In this document: in pieces, positions 50,892-60,768 of the stretch
How the letters are laid out: each line of letters opens with the position of its first letter
How positions within the stretch are numbered: the stretch's first letter is position 1
DNA from: Coprothermobacterota bacterium
Lineage (GTDB): Bacteria > Coprothermobacterota > HKB111
DNA length: 64,000 nt
Direction of reading: 5' to 3'
NCBI GenBank assembly: GCA_037440465.1
Contig: JBBIUB010000006.1
Location: 1 to 64,000 of the forward strand
Position numbers and translations under genes: made by a program
The notes under the pieces: model-generated
What the model saw: only the letters and a program-made list of their open reading frames with translations
Databases searched by the model: none
What the model was told of the DNA's origin: nothing

Positions 50892-51794
50892 ATGAAAAGA
50901 ATACCATGGTTGGCAATATTTTTAATTATAGTAGGTGTACTTCTCCTGCTTTCTGAGTTTGGATATATAGAATTTCGCTGGCAAGACCTGCTTCGTTTTT
51001 GGCCCTTTATTCTGATTTTCTGGGGACTGGACCTTTTAGTGGGAGAAAAAAGCTGGGCAGGTTGGGTAGCTTTGCTGCTTTTAGTCGCTATTTTGGGAGC
51101 AATATTCTTTGGAGCAATATTCTTTATTTCTCCAGTTGCTGAACGGTTTGGCATAAGATCGTTTGGATTGTGGAGTAGTCAAGGTAAATATTATGAAGAA
51201 TGGAAGTTACCATATGACCCGGATGTTAAGAACCTGGAACTTTCTTTAAAAACAGGAGTCAGAAATGTAATGATTAAAAATCTTGTTGCTGGTGACGAGT
51301 TAGTTATTATTTCTTCTCCTTCCAGAATCAGGATAAAAGAAGAGAGAAAGAAAATAGGAGACATTCTAAAACTCAATCTCGGTATGGAGGAGAATTCTAT
51401 TTTCTTCTGGAGGGAAGCTGGAGACCTTGATCTCTATTTATCTTCTGAACCTACCCTAAAACTATTCCTGGAAGCAGGAGTAGGTAATAACGAGTTAGAT
51501 TTGAGAAAACTGAAGGTAAGATATCTGGATATTAAGGGTGGAGTCGGAAATATCTCTGCTAATCTGCCTTCTGTGAGCATGCAAGCCGATATTAAAGGAG
51601 GGATTGGGAAGATTACCATCTATATTCCAGAAGGTGTTTTACTTGATCTTGATGGAGAAGTAGGTATAGGCAAGATTAATGTAGATCAGGAAATTGGTCG
51701 CTGGAAAGGCGAAGATAACGGCAAAATAATAAAGCTAAAAGTATCCACTGGAATTGGAGATATCTCCATCAAGGCGGTTAGAGACACGATTTAG
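50892..51794 (+). CDS. LiaF/DUF5668-like TM region fused to toast-rack beta-helix domain
   Basis: LIIVGVLLLL..FG, FWP.ILI.WG, then repeated GVG/GIG motifs. Confidence 0.75.
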   Translation: MKRIPWLAIFLIIVGVLLLLSEFGYIEFRWQDLLRFWPFILIFWGLDLLVGEKSWAGWVALLLLVAILGAIFFGAIFFISPVAERFGIRSFGLWSSQGKYYEEWKLPYDPDVKNLELSLKTGVRNVMIKNLVAGDELVIISSPSRIRIKEERKKIGDILKLNLGMEENSIFFWREAGDLDLYLSSEPTLKLFLEAGVGNNELDLRKLKVRYLDIKGGVGNISANLPSVSMQADIKGGIGKITIYIPEGVLLDLDGEVGIGKINVDQEIGRWKGEDNGKIIKLKVSTGIGDISIKAVRDTI

Positions 51795-52229
51795 TTCACT
51801 ATATATACTCAAGATGACAAGGAGGATTACTCCACCGACGTGGAAGGGATAGGATATCTGAGTCCATATAGTTTTAAGACCATGGAAAATCAGGGGAAGG
51901 GCAACCTTCTCTTGATTATTTATAAAGGTCATTCCGAGAAGATAGATTATGAAGTAGGTTGAAAGGATGCTTCCAGTCAATGAGAGGACGACTACTAAAG
52001 CGGTTTTCCTGCGGCTTTCCTGCTGAATCCTCTCGTATACCAGAGTTGATACCCTTTGCCATCCTTTTTTTATTTCTACAGGAAGGTAAGGCTTTAAGAG
52101 AAAACTCTCAATATTCAGCCACTCTTCCCATCTCTTATAGCAAACTGAACATACTTTTAGATGCTGATAGAAGTCTTCTTCTACTTCCGGATAAAGGCAT
52201 ACCTTCTCTAAAAAATCTTTACACTCCAA
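51735..52229 (-). CDS. Putative zinc-finger anti-sigma factor (membrane)
   Basis: MEC...HLKVCSVC (HxxxCxxC), two TMs, starts immediately after the sigma gene stop. Confidence 0.75.
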   Translation of the reverse strand: MECKDFLEKVCLYPEVEEDFYQHLKVCSVCYKRWEEWLNIESFLLKPYLPVEIKKGWQRVSTLVYERIQQESRRKTALVVVLSLTGSILSTYFIIYLLGMTFINNQEKVALPLIFHGLKTIWTQISYPFHVGGVILLVILSIYSELNRVSNRLDGDISNSSGYF

Positions 52230-52682
52230 TTAATTATCTCCTTTAAGGAAATTATATATCTTCTTCTTTGCTCTGTGTAGATGACTTTTTACTGTATTTA
52301 AAGGTATATTTAATCTGTCGGCTATCTCCTGGCAGGAGTATTTTTCCTGATAGTAAAGAAGAAGAATACCCTTTTCTTGTGAATTCGGTATATTCCATAT
52401 CTCGTTATAATCATCTTCATCAACAGGATTTGCTGCTATCCTTTCTTCTAAAAGAGGGAAGCTTGAATAATGAGCCTTTTCTCTAAAATAGTCCATCGCC
52501 AGGCTGTGAGCAATCCTGTAAATATAGGATTTAGCCTTTTCCTCTTCTATTGTGTAGCGCATAGCTTTGAGAAAAGTTTCCTGAAGAAGATCTCTGGCTG
52601 CTTCTTCATCATCCACCAACCTTCTAAGGTATCTATATATTTCTTCTCCATAATCTTTAAAGTATTGGGATACATCTCCCAT
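52230..52682 (-). CDS. ECF sigma-70 family factor
   Basis: ARDLLQETFLKA, YIYRIA, EIADRLNIPLNTVKSHLHRAK. Start re-called to ATG at 52682. Confidence 0.85.
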   Translation of the reverse strand: MGDVSQYFKDYGEEIYRYLRRLVDDEEAARDLLQETFLKAMRYTIEEEKAKSYIYRIAHSLAMDYFREKAHYSSFPLLEERIAANPVDEDDYNEIWNIPNSQEKGILLLYYQEKYSCQEIADRLNIPLNTVKSHLHRAKKKIYNFLKGDN

Positions 52683-52696
52683 GCCTTTATTATACT

Positions 52697-52726
52697 TACG
52701 TATAGGTACCCTGCAAAGTTGCAGTA
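52697..52726 (-). promoter_or_regulatory. Putative autoregulatory ECF promoter
   Basis: TACTGCAAC-N17-CGTA ending 14 nt before the sigma ATG. Confidence 0.65.
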
Positions 52727-52775
52727 GGTTCTGGAAAATTCGAGCGGTGTGGAAAAGTTGGTATAATTGAAAGTT

Positions 52776-52807
52776 GATTCGAGGATTCAAGGATTCAAGG
52801 AGTCAAG
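52776..52807 (+). repeat. Four tandem imperfect octamers
   Basis: GATTCGAG GATTCAAG GATTCAAG GAGTCAAG. Confidence 0.7.
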
Positions 52808-52948
52808 GGACATAGCAACTAAATTGTAGAAGAACCATATCAGACACCGAAGAGAAGTATATAGAGGTTTGTAGAGCCTCGATTGTAATTTGTACCACAC
52901 CTATGTGTAAACTATTATTTATAGATATTAAAAGGAAGGTTTTTTAGA

Positions 52949-54220
52949 ATGTTAATAGAACACAAAACGCAATTGGAAGAAGCCCGAGAAGGGAATATAA
53001 CCAAAGAGGTGGAATATATCGCCCATCAGGAAGGGCTGGATACAGGTTTGCTTAAAAAGAGGGTTTCTGATGGTCTCGTGGTTATCCTTACCAACAAGAA
53101 TCATGAGGGCCTAAGACCAGTAGGTGTGGGTTTTGGTTTGAGAACTAAGATCAATGCTAATATCGGAACTTCTCCGGCTAAGTCAAGTTTAAGAACAGAA
53201 TTAAGAAAATTGAAAGTCTCCCTTGAAGCAGGTGCAGATACTCTTATGGACTTGAGCACAGGTGGTAACTTAGACAGGATAAGAAGAAGAATTGTTAAAA
53301 ACTGTTTTGTACCTCTCGGTACTGTCCCACTTTACCAGACAGCTATAGAAGCTGGAAGAATAGAAGATATGAATATAGACCTTTATCTTAAGGTCTTTGA
53401 AAAACAAGCGAAAGACGGTATTGATTTTGCCACTATCCATGCAGGGGTAACCCAAAAGGTTTTCCCACTTCTTGAAAAAAGAGTAATGAGATGTGTCAGC
53501 CGTGGCGGTTCTTTCCTGTTAAACTGGATGAAGCACCACGGAAAAGAAAACTTCCTTTATGAATACTTTGATGACATATTTAAGGTTGCCAAAAAATACG
53601 ATGTTACTCTAAGTTTAGGAGATGGGCTTCGCCCGGGTTGTCTCGCTGACGCCACCGATGAAGCTCAGATTCAGGAACTGAAGATTTTAGGAGAACTTGC
53701 CAGGAGAGCTAGAGAAAAAGGGGTTCAGGTGATGATTGAAGGTCCCGGGCACATTCCTTTAAATGATATTGAAAAGAATGTCATACTAGAAAAAGAATAC
53801 TGTGATAATGCTCCATTTTACGTTCTTGGTCCTCTCCCAACTGACATAACTGCGGGTTATGACCATATTACCTGCGCTATCGGTGGTGCCTTAGCTGCCT
53901 GGAAAGGTGCCGATTTCATATGCTATGTAACACCAAAAGAGCATGTAGGGTTACCTGACATTAAAGATGTGAGGGAGGGAGTGGTAGCTGCGAGGATTGC
54001 TGCTCATATCGCAGATATTGCTAAGGGTAATAACAAAGCAATCTTGCAGGATTATGAAATGGCAAAAGCCAGAGCAAGGGTGGATTGGGATGATATGCAA
54101 AAGTTTGCTTTAGACCCTATTAGGTTTGCCCAATTGAGGGCTGAGGAGTGCAGGAAAAAACCACAGTTAAGGAAGGAAAAGTATTGCTCTATGTGTGGCC
54201 CCTTCTGTGTTTTTAAATAG
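52949..54220 (+). CDS. thiC: Phosphomethylpyrimidine synthase (short form)
   Basis: TKINANIGTS, MDLSTGG, GTVPLYQ, VSRGGS, LGDGLRPG, EGPGH, GYDHIT, EH.GLP, CSMCGPFC. Confidence 0.85.
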   Translation: MLIEHKTQLEEAREGNITKEVEYIAHQEGLDTGLLKKRVSDGLVVILTNKNHEGLRPVGVGFGLRTKINANIGTSPAKSSLRTELRKLKVSLEAGADTLMDLSTGGNLDRIRRRIVKNCFVPLGTVPLYQTAIEAGRIEDMNIDLYLKVFEKQAKDGIDFATIHAGVTQKVFPLLEKRVMRCVSRGGSFLLNWMKHHGKENFLYEYFDDIFKVAKKYDVTLSLGDGLRPGCLADATDEAQIQELKILGELARRAREKGVQVMIEGPGHIPLNDIEKNVILEKEYCDNAPFYVLGPLPTDITAGYDHITCAIGGALAAWKGADFICYVTPKEHVGLPDIKDVREGVVAARIAAHIADIAKGNNKAILQDYEMAKARARVDWDDMQKFALDPIRFAQLRAEECRKKPQLRKEKYCSMCGPFCVFK

Positions 54221-54303
54221 CAGGGTTAGGGAGTAAATTTATCCCCCTCACCCTACCCTCTCCTTTCATCTTCCTATTCTGGAAGGCGGGATTAAGAGGG
54301 GTT

Positions 54304-55278
54304 TCATAACTTCTCTCCACACTCTCTACAACTGGGCAGGAATTTGTTGGTGAGTTTTTTACATTTAGGACATTCTTTTAATTGTTCAGAGCCACACCAT
54401 GAACAATAATTACCAGGGTCAGGAAAACCACAAACAGTACACACTCTTCTCCACAAACGACGATTCCTGACAGCCTTTGAAGAAAAGAACTTATTCTTTA
54501 GATAGACAATTCCTGTTATTGAAATTACTGTTCCACCAACAGAAACAATTCCTTCAACAGGAATAATATAACGAAGATATGGATAAGCAATACGGAAAGA
54601 TACAATCAGAGCCTGTAAAGCACCAAAACCTAAAAAACTCATGCCTATTACAGAATATCGGGATAGACCAGTTCTTGTGCGAAAAAAGTTATAAACTAAA
54701 AACGATAAAGCAAAACCCACTAAAGCATAAATTAGAAGTGAAACGCCTGCTTTAAAATTTCGAGATCTTGTTTGGCGATTATATTCTTCTTGAAATCTTT
54801 TCTCATAATCACGATAGGTCGTTTCTTTAAAATTTAATATTTCTGTTTGAAAGGTTTTTAAGGTAGTTTCAGCAGTGTCTCTGTTTTTTTGAGACAGTTC
54901 ATAATCGTCTCTTGATTTCTCCCAAAATGCTTTCTTAATTGGGTCATCTATTCCTTTATCAAGAATAGTACGGTATTCTTCTCGGGCTTTTTCATAATCC
55001 AACCGCTTATTTTCTTCGATATTTTTTAACCGTTGAATTTCCATCAATAATTCATTAGATCTTGTTTGCAGTTGAAAATATTCATTCTCAAAACCTGCTG
55101 GGAAAAATTGTTGGCGTATTAAATTGTAGTCAGGTTGCACAAAAAAGTTGTTGATTGACTCAGCAATACGGAGTCCACCAATTAATAAAAAGACCGCTAA
55201 AGCAATGGCTAAGATCTTTTCTGCTGTGGTAGTATCTTGTTCTGGTTTTTCATCTTTGCTTAAATACCTTTCACTCAT
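54304..55278 (-). CDS. Membrane protein with coiled coil and C-terminal double zinc ribbon
   Basis: One N-terminal TM, a charged helical region, three TMs, then CTVC, CSWC, CPKC, CREC. Confidence 0.7.
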   Translation of the reverse strand: MSERYLSKDEKPEQDTTTAEKILAIALAVFLLIGGLRIAESINNFFVQPDYNLIRQQFFPAGFENEYFQLQTRSNELLMEIQRLKNIEENKRLDYEKAREEYRTILDKGIDDPIKKAFWEKSRDDYELSQKNRDTAETTLKTFQTEILNFKETTYRDYEKRFQEEYNRQTRSRNFKAGVSLLIYALVGFALSFLVYNFFRTRTGLSRYSVIGMSFLGFGALQALIVSFRIAYPYLRYIIPVEGIVSVGGTVISITGIVYLKNKFFSSKAVRNRRLWRRVCTVCGFPDPGNYCSWCGSEQLKECPKCKKLTNKFLPSCRECGEKL

Positions 55279-55336
55279 AATTCATAAACCTCCTGCAATA
55301 TTTTGATAGAAAAATATAGGGTTATCATTTTACTAT

Positions 55337-56248
55337 TTAAAGCTTATCACTTATTACAGCTTTTTCATCACCCCTAAAGGTATTGCTTAAATTAGATACA
55401 GCAATCGCTGAGATTATTAAAATTGCTCCTAACACAGCCAGTGTAGAAGGTACCTCTCTAAAAAGGAGTATCCCCAGAATAGTTGCTCCCACTGGTTCTC
55501 CGAGAATTACCAGGGCTATGAAAGTAGGCGAGAAGTATTTTAACGCCCAGTTAAAGGAAGTATGGCCAATAATATGGGGTATGAGGGCAAAGAGGAAAAA
55601 GATGAGATATTCCCTGGAATTGAAACCTAATAGTTCTGTTCGGGTTATTATAGAAAAGAAAAGTAGAAAAATAAAAGTAAGAAAGTAAATCGGAAAAATA
55701 AAAGACAGAAGTGAATATCTTTCTCTCATTACAGAAGTAGATATGAAATAAAGAGAAGCAAAAACTGCCCCCAGAAGGGCAAGGGTATTCCCGAGTAAGG
55801 GCATTGAGCCTTTTAAGCTTTCCAGGGAAGAAGGTGAAGCGAGATAAAGAACCAAAGACCCCATAAGAGCTAATAAGATTCCTCCCACAGTATATTTGGT
55901 AGGAATCGTTTTGAAGAAAAGATACAAAAATATAGCTACAAATATTGGGTTCAAAGTCACCAACACCGTGGAGTTCATAATAGAAGTGTACCTAAGAGAG
56001 GTGATCCAAACAAAGAAGTGTAGAGCAAGAAAGAGGGAGGTGAAAAGGAATAGCCTCAGGTCTTTTTTCTTGTAATCTTTGAATGAGCGGTTGGCCAAAA
56101 AGAATGGTAAAACCAAAAAGGCACTGATTCCCAGTCTGTAAGTTGCAAGAGTAAGAGGCGGGGCTTCTGAAAACCTGATAAGGATGGCAGAAAAAGATAC
56201 TGCCACAATTCCTGCAAGGATTACAAGGTATTTCACAGATTTCTTCAT
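55337..56248 (-). CDS. DMT/EamA family transporter
   Basis: About 10 TMs. LALHF..WI.SL.YTS, GHT.FNWAL, LGEPVGA. Confidence 0.88.
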   Translation of the reverse strand: MKKSVKYLVILAGIVAVSFSAILIRFSEAPPLTLATYRLGISAFLVLPFFLANRSFKDYKKKDLRLFLFTSLFLALHFFVWITSLRYTSIMNSTVLVTLNPIFVAIFLYLFFKTIPTKYTVGGILLALMGSLVLYLASPSSLESLKGSMPLLGNTLALLGAVFASLYFISTSVMRERYSLLSFIFPIYFLTFIFLLFFSIITRTELLGFNSREYLIFFLFALIPHIIGHTSFNWALKYFSPTFIALVILGEPVGATILGILLFREVPSTLAVLGAILIISAIAVSNLSNTFRGDEKAVISDKL

Positions 56249-56297
56249 GAACTACCCTGAAACGTTGAAGGAGTCACTCTTTAAAAAAGGGGGAGGT

Positions 56298-57110
56298 TTA
56301 AACCACACTTATGTCTTTTTTTCTGAAAACCACCAACGACCCCACGAATAGAAAAAGTATACAAAAAACAAATACACTTGTGTGGATCCAGTTGACCTTA
56401 CCGTTAAGTAGATACTCATGGGGTTTATAATAATTGAAGATGGAAAGGGGACGAAAATTTTCTATGTTTTTACTAAAATCGGAAAAGGCATTAAGAAGGT
56501 GAGAAGCTACAAAGAAAGTTAAGGAGATAATAACAGCCTTACCTCTGTCTTTGAGAATAAGGGATAGAAAAAGAGTGAAGGTAAACATTATAAGAAAGAA
56601 GAGGAACCCAGCAAATCCAGTAACCATGAGCCCGGCTGTACTCAACCTTACATCATAAATCCGTCCAAAAAAGGCTAAAGACCCCATTGTTAAGCAAGAG
56701 AGGGATGCTAAATATATAGCATTTACCACAAATCGGGTAATGATAATCTCACTTCTTTTAAGAGGTTGGGCAAGGAGGGTCTCCAAAGTACCTTCTTCCA
56801 TCTCTTTTACTGCCACACCTATAGCAGAACTCATGGCATAACCCCCTACTATTATTAACCACCAGATAGCCAAATATTGCATAGAGATGAATCCTTCAAC
56901 TGTGGCAATGATGTCGAAAGACATGCCTCCACCTGCTAAAAGGCTTAGAAACTCCTGGGGGAAGCGCTCAAATAGATGCATCATGTCTTTTATGGGATAG
57001 ATGGGTATGATGTACATTACTAACCAGCTATACAGGAGAAGTCCCAAAGCGAAGATTAAAGTTGCTGTCAGTTTATCCTTTAAGGTTCTCTTAAAGAGAT
57101 TTAGATTCAT
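56298..57110 (-). CDS. ABC-2 type permease
   Basis: E.EEGTLE.LLAQPLKRS, multiple TMs. ATG at 57110 after AAGGAGG. Confidence 0.85.
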   Translation of the reverse strand: MNLNLFKRTLKDKLTATLIFALGLLLYSWLVMYIIPIYPIKDMMHLFERFPQEFLSLLAGGGMSFDIIATVEGFISMQYLAIWWLIIVGGYAMSSAIGVAVKEMEEGTLETLLAQPLKRSEIIITRFVVNAIYLASLSCLTMGSLAFFGRIYDVRLSTAGLMVTGFAGFLFFLIMFTFTLFLSLILKDRGKAVIISLTFFVASHLLNAFSDFSKNIENFRPLSIFNYYKPHEYLLNGKVNWIHTSVFVFCILFLFVGSLVVFRKKDISVV

Positions 57111-58014
57111 CTGTACCCTCCTTGCGGTAATACTCAAAGAAAATCTCTTCCAGGCTGGCATGGGAGAAATTGAGGTCTTCTACTATGAACCCTGACAGTT
57201 TCTTGAGAAGTTGGTTTACATCTCCCTTAACAGAAAGCCTGAAATGACGGTTATAGTGTTCCAATATTTTAATACCTGACAGGTCAAAGATCTGTGGTGA
57301 GACATCTTCTTTAAAACTGACTTCCATAAAACGCACCTTTTTTTGACCGATCTCTTCAACATTTTCAATAGCTACCAACCTACCATTCTGTACCACACCT
57401 ACCCTTTGACAGGCTTTTTCTACCTCAGACATTATATGAGAGGAAAGAAAGATAGTTTTGCCCCTCTCACGAAACTCTTTTATAACCTGATAAAACTCTC
57501 TCTGCATGAAGGGGTCCAGGCCAAGAGTGGGTTCGTCAAGGATTAAAAGAGGAGAATCGTGCATAAGAGCCAAAACAATGGCTAATTTCTGTCTGTTTCC
57601 TCTGGAATATTCTCTCACTCTCTTAGAAAGGTCCAGGTTAAATCTTTCCACCAATTCATTTTTCAATACAGGCTTAAGTTCTGGTTTGAAGGCAGCAAAA
57701 TAGTCCAGAAGTTCTCCACCCTTCATATTGGGGTAGAGATGAACATCACCAGCAATGTATCCTATGAATTTTCTAATCTCAATTGAATCTTCTACTATGT
57801 CTTTACCAAGGACTTTCCCACTTCCCCGGGTAGGGAAAAGGAGACCAATAAAAAGTCTGATAGAAGTTGTTTTCCCTGCACCATTCGGACCAAGAAACCC
57901 GAAGACTTCCCCTTCTTCAATCTCAAGAGTCAGGTCTTCAATACCGCGCACCTTACCGTAGTATTTTGTTAAGCCTTCGGTCTTGATGGCAAAGTTATTA
58001 GCCTTTTCAACCAT
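57091..58014 (-). CDS. ABC transporter ATP-binding protein
   Basis: GPNGAGKTT, YSRGNRQK, LILDEPT, SSH. Confidence 0.92.
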   Translation of the reverse strand: MVEKANNFAIKTEGLTKYYGKVRGIEDLTLEIEEGEVFGFLGPNGAGKTTSIRLFIGLLFPTRGSGKVLGKDIVEDSIEIRKFIGYIAGDVHLYPNMKGGELLDYFAAFKPELKPVLKNELVERFNLDLSKRVREYSRGNRQKLAIVLALMHDSPLLILDEPTLGLDPFMQREFYQVIKEFRERGKTIFLSSHIMSEVEKACQRVGVVQNGRLVAIENVEEIGQKKVRFMEVSFKEDVSPQIFDLSGIKILEHYNRHFRLSVKGDVNQLLKKLSGFIVEDLNFSHASLEEIFFEYYRKEGTDESKSL

Positions 58015-58056
58015 AAATACCTCCGTTCTTTACTTTTTCACGCAACAAGCCCCTCC

Positions 58057-58338
58057 CTAAATCCCTCTTCTTCTTTCTCTACCACCTCTGTTTTCAGTAC
58101 GAGGGCGAGCTTCATTTACATTGAGTTCTCGTCCCTTCAACACCTTGCCATTTAGACCAGTGATTGCGGATTGGGCTTCGGTCTTTTCAGGCATCTCTAC
58201 AAAACCGAATCCTCTCGATTCACCACTAAACTTATCCTTGATGATAGCAACAGATTTCACCTTACCAAATGCTTCAAATTCTTGACGCAAATCATCGTCG
58301 GTTAAATCGCGTGATAAATTTCCCACAAAAATATTCAT
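58057..58338 (-). CDS. RRM-domain RNA-binding protein
   Basis: IFVGNL (RNP2), RGFGFVEM (RNP1), VNEARPR. ATG at 58338 after GGAGG. Confidence 0.92.
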   Translation of the reverse strand: MNIFVGNLSRDLTDDDLRQEFEAFGKVKSVAIIKDKFSGESRGFGFVEMPEKTEAQSAITGLNGKVLKGRELNVNEARPRTENRGGRERRRGI

Positions 58339-58652
58339 TTTGACCTCCATTATCTTTATTGCATACATTTTAACCAGAATTTAACTTATTGTGCTTATTT
58401 CGTAGAAAATTCAAATTTTACTTATTAGTATTTTGTTGTAACCAATCGTTGTTCAAGTTTTTCGCATACATAATCATCACATTGAGAACAATTATCTAAG
58501 CCCTTTTCAATAACACACGGTCTCACTGGACAATTATTATCTATCAACTTGGCGTTATTTGTCATGCATCCATCACAGTAAATGTCTATCACATCTATAA
58601 CCACATCTTGAAAGAATTGGTTCCATTTTACCTCCGCTTTTAATTAGTCGCT

Positions 58653-60677
58653 TTATTGCTTTTCGATATATCTTACCAGATCCAGATTTTTGAGAGAAGA
58701 AAAGTATTCCACCAGAAGTTTCAAGTCTTTTTTCCCGCACTCCAGTTCTACCAAGCGAGATATTTCTATGATGCTTCTCTTGCCATCTGCCCAGTATAGA
58801 GCTAACTCAGGGAGATGTCTAAAAGTTTCTTTATGTTCCTTGCTAAGACGATGCCATTTTTCTTTTTCTTCAGGTGTCAAACGGTGTTGGTGGTACCAGG
58901 TGATGAATACCGGCCCAGGAAAGATTCTCTGAGGTACTATCTTTGAAGCTTGTTCAGCTAATTCACATATTTTCTTCTCTTCTTCTTTATCTTTTCTGAT
59001 AATATGTTCTACTTTCTTAAGTTCGTCTTCTACAAAAGTCTTTATCTCTTCTTTGAGGTTTTCTGTATCAAAGTTCGGGTATAATTTTTTTAAAGAATCC
59101 AGAGCTATGGATTCCCTATCAAGAAGGAAACTCAACCGTTCTCTAAAGCAGATTTCCCCACTTTTCTTATTACATTTTGTAGTAATTTCATTTACCGATT
59201 TTTCTTCACACTCAGCCATTTTTTCACTAACCTCTTTCTGGATTAGAGAGAGAGTCCTCTTTTTAAAGGAAGTTACCATCTCTCTTCCCAACCAGAAGGC
59301 TTCTTTTTCTTCAGCATTTGAAATAAAGTAAGCATAAGTAGCACTTAACACTCCTGAAGCAAAAAGCATGTTAGGGTCAACTTTATCAGGTGTATCCAGC
59401 GAGGTGTGATAGAAGAGATCAGGCCATTGGCCTAACATAAGGCAAGGAATACCTACGGTAGGGTCAGTTAGTATGAAGTGGTCGCTTCCACCGCTGTAGG
59501 GAGTGGAGGCTATCTTAAAAAGTGGTATGACCTCACCCTTAACGGCATCTAAACTTTCATCTTCCCGGGAAACAACATCACCTATCCTGGACATTAGAGT
59601 ATTTATAAAAGAAGGGGTAGCCATTGGGGTGTTTGTGAGTCGGAGGATGCTGTGAGTTTCTTCCTGTTTTTCTCCCACCATATCCAGGTTCACACCAGCA
59701 ATAGTTCTCTCTTTTTCTTCAGGATGGGTGGCTAAGTAGGCATAAGTTCCTGACATTTCTGGTACCCATAGAAAGCGGATTCCCCTTCTAAGAGGTGGTA
59801 ACTTACCATTTGAAAGTAGGGTCTTGAGGGTACAGGCTATCTCCATAATAACCCCGCTACCCGAAGCGTTATCGTTGGCTGAAGGCTGTGGATGGCAGAG
59901 ATGTGCTGTAATGATAACTTCTTCTTTACTTTCTCCAGGGAAGAAGGCCTCTACCACTTCAAAGTTTCCAGGATATGTCCTTGAATCCACTTTAACTTTA
60001 ACCTTAACAGGTGGTTTATTTTCAGTCTTTGTTTTCTTAATAAGGTCTCTTAGATAAATACCCTGTTGAGGAGATAGCACAAAACCAAAGGCTTTTTTAC
60101 TATCCAGGCTCCACCAGAAGGCAGCGTACTCCACTCCTTTAGGAAGTTCCATTTTACCTCTTACAGGAGGTGTTTCTCTCATACCGTCGTAAATGATACC
60201 CACTGCACCGTATCTTTCTACCGCTAAATCACATACCCTGTGAATATTGCCCCTGGTAAGAACTGCTTTTCCAGTCAAGTCCAGCCCTTCGTACTCTTTT
60301 TCCTCTTCTCCATCTTCTAATAGAAACACTTCTACTTCACCATCAAAAGAAGCACTTCTCTGGATTATGGAAGTCGGAGTTCCTTTAAAATCAGCAAGCT
60401 TTTTCTTTTCAGGTTCAACTAAGTGAAGAATAGCATCCTTTATTTCCCACTCTTCAAACATCAAGGCTCCCCAGTACCAGGTCTTACCATCAGCCTTAAA
60501 TTGAAGAATATTATTTTCTATACCCCACTCCTCAAGACGCTTCTTTACATAGTGGGCAGCTTCTCTAAAACCTGGACTGGCTTGTATGCGGTGGAAGCGG
60601 GATATGTCAGTGGTATATTCTTTAGCTCTTTCTCCAGAGAATTCTTCTTTTATTACATCTAGGGTCTTCTTAAACAT
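58653..60677 (-). CDS. M28/DUF4910 family aminopeptidase-like protein
   Basis: HRIQASPG, AHLCHP, ANDNASG, PEMSG, NLDMVG, GGSDH, YHTS.D, C-terminal HTH-like region. Confidence 0.8.
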   Translation of the reverse strand: MFKKTLDVIKEEFSGERAKEYTTDISRFHRIQASPGFREAAHYVKKRLEEWGIENNILQFKADGKTWYWGALMFEEWEIKDAILHLVEPEKKKLADFKGTPTSIIQRSASFDGEVEVFLLEDGEEEKEYEGLDLTGKAVLTRGNIHRVCDLAVERYGAVGIIYDGMRETPPVRGKMELPKGVEYAAFWWSLDSKKAFGFVLSPQQGIYLRDLIKKTKTENKPPVKVKVKVDSRTYPGNFEVVEAFFPGESKEEVIITAHLCHPQPSANDNASGSGVIMEIACTLKTLLSNGKLPPLRRGIRFLWVPEMSGTYAYLATHPEEKERTIAGVNLDMVGEKQEETHSILRLTNTPMATPSFINTLMSRIGDVVSREDESLDAVKGEVIPLFKIASTPYSGGSDHFILTDPTVGIPCLMLGQWPDLFYHTSLDTPDKVDPNMLFASGVLSATYAYFISNAEEKEAFWLGREMVTSFKKRTLSLIQKEVSEKMAECEEKSVNEITTKCNKKSGEICFRERLSFLLDRESIALDSLKKLYPNFDTENLKEEIKTFVEDELKKVEHIIRKDKEEEKKICELAEQASKIVPQRIFPGPVFITWYHQHRLTPEEKEKWHRLSKEHKETFRHLPELALYWADGKRSIIEISRLVELECGKKDLKLLVEYFSSLKNLDLVRYIEKQ

Positions 60678-60768
60678 CTTCTACCTCCTTTTTCATTCTA
60701 TATAATGAAAATATTGTCAACTTTGAATTTCTAACATTTCAAGCAAGGAATAAATAGCCACCCTGTGT

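Noticed and set aside
52808..52948. TPP or cobalamin riboswitch upstream of thiC
   Set aside because: No CTGAGA-containing TPP core or B12 box is visible in the leader.
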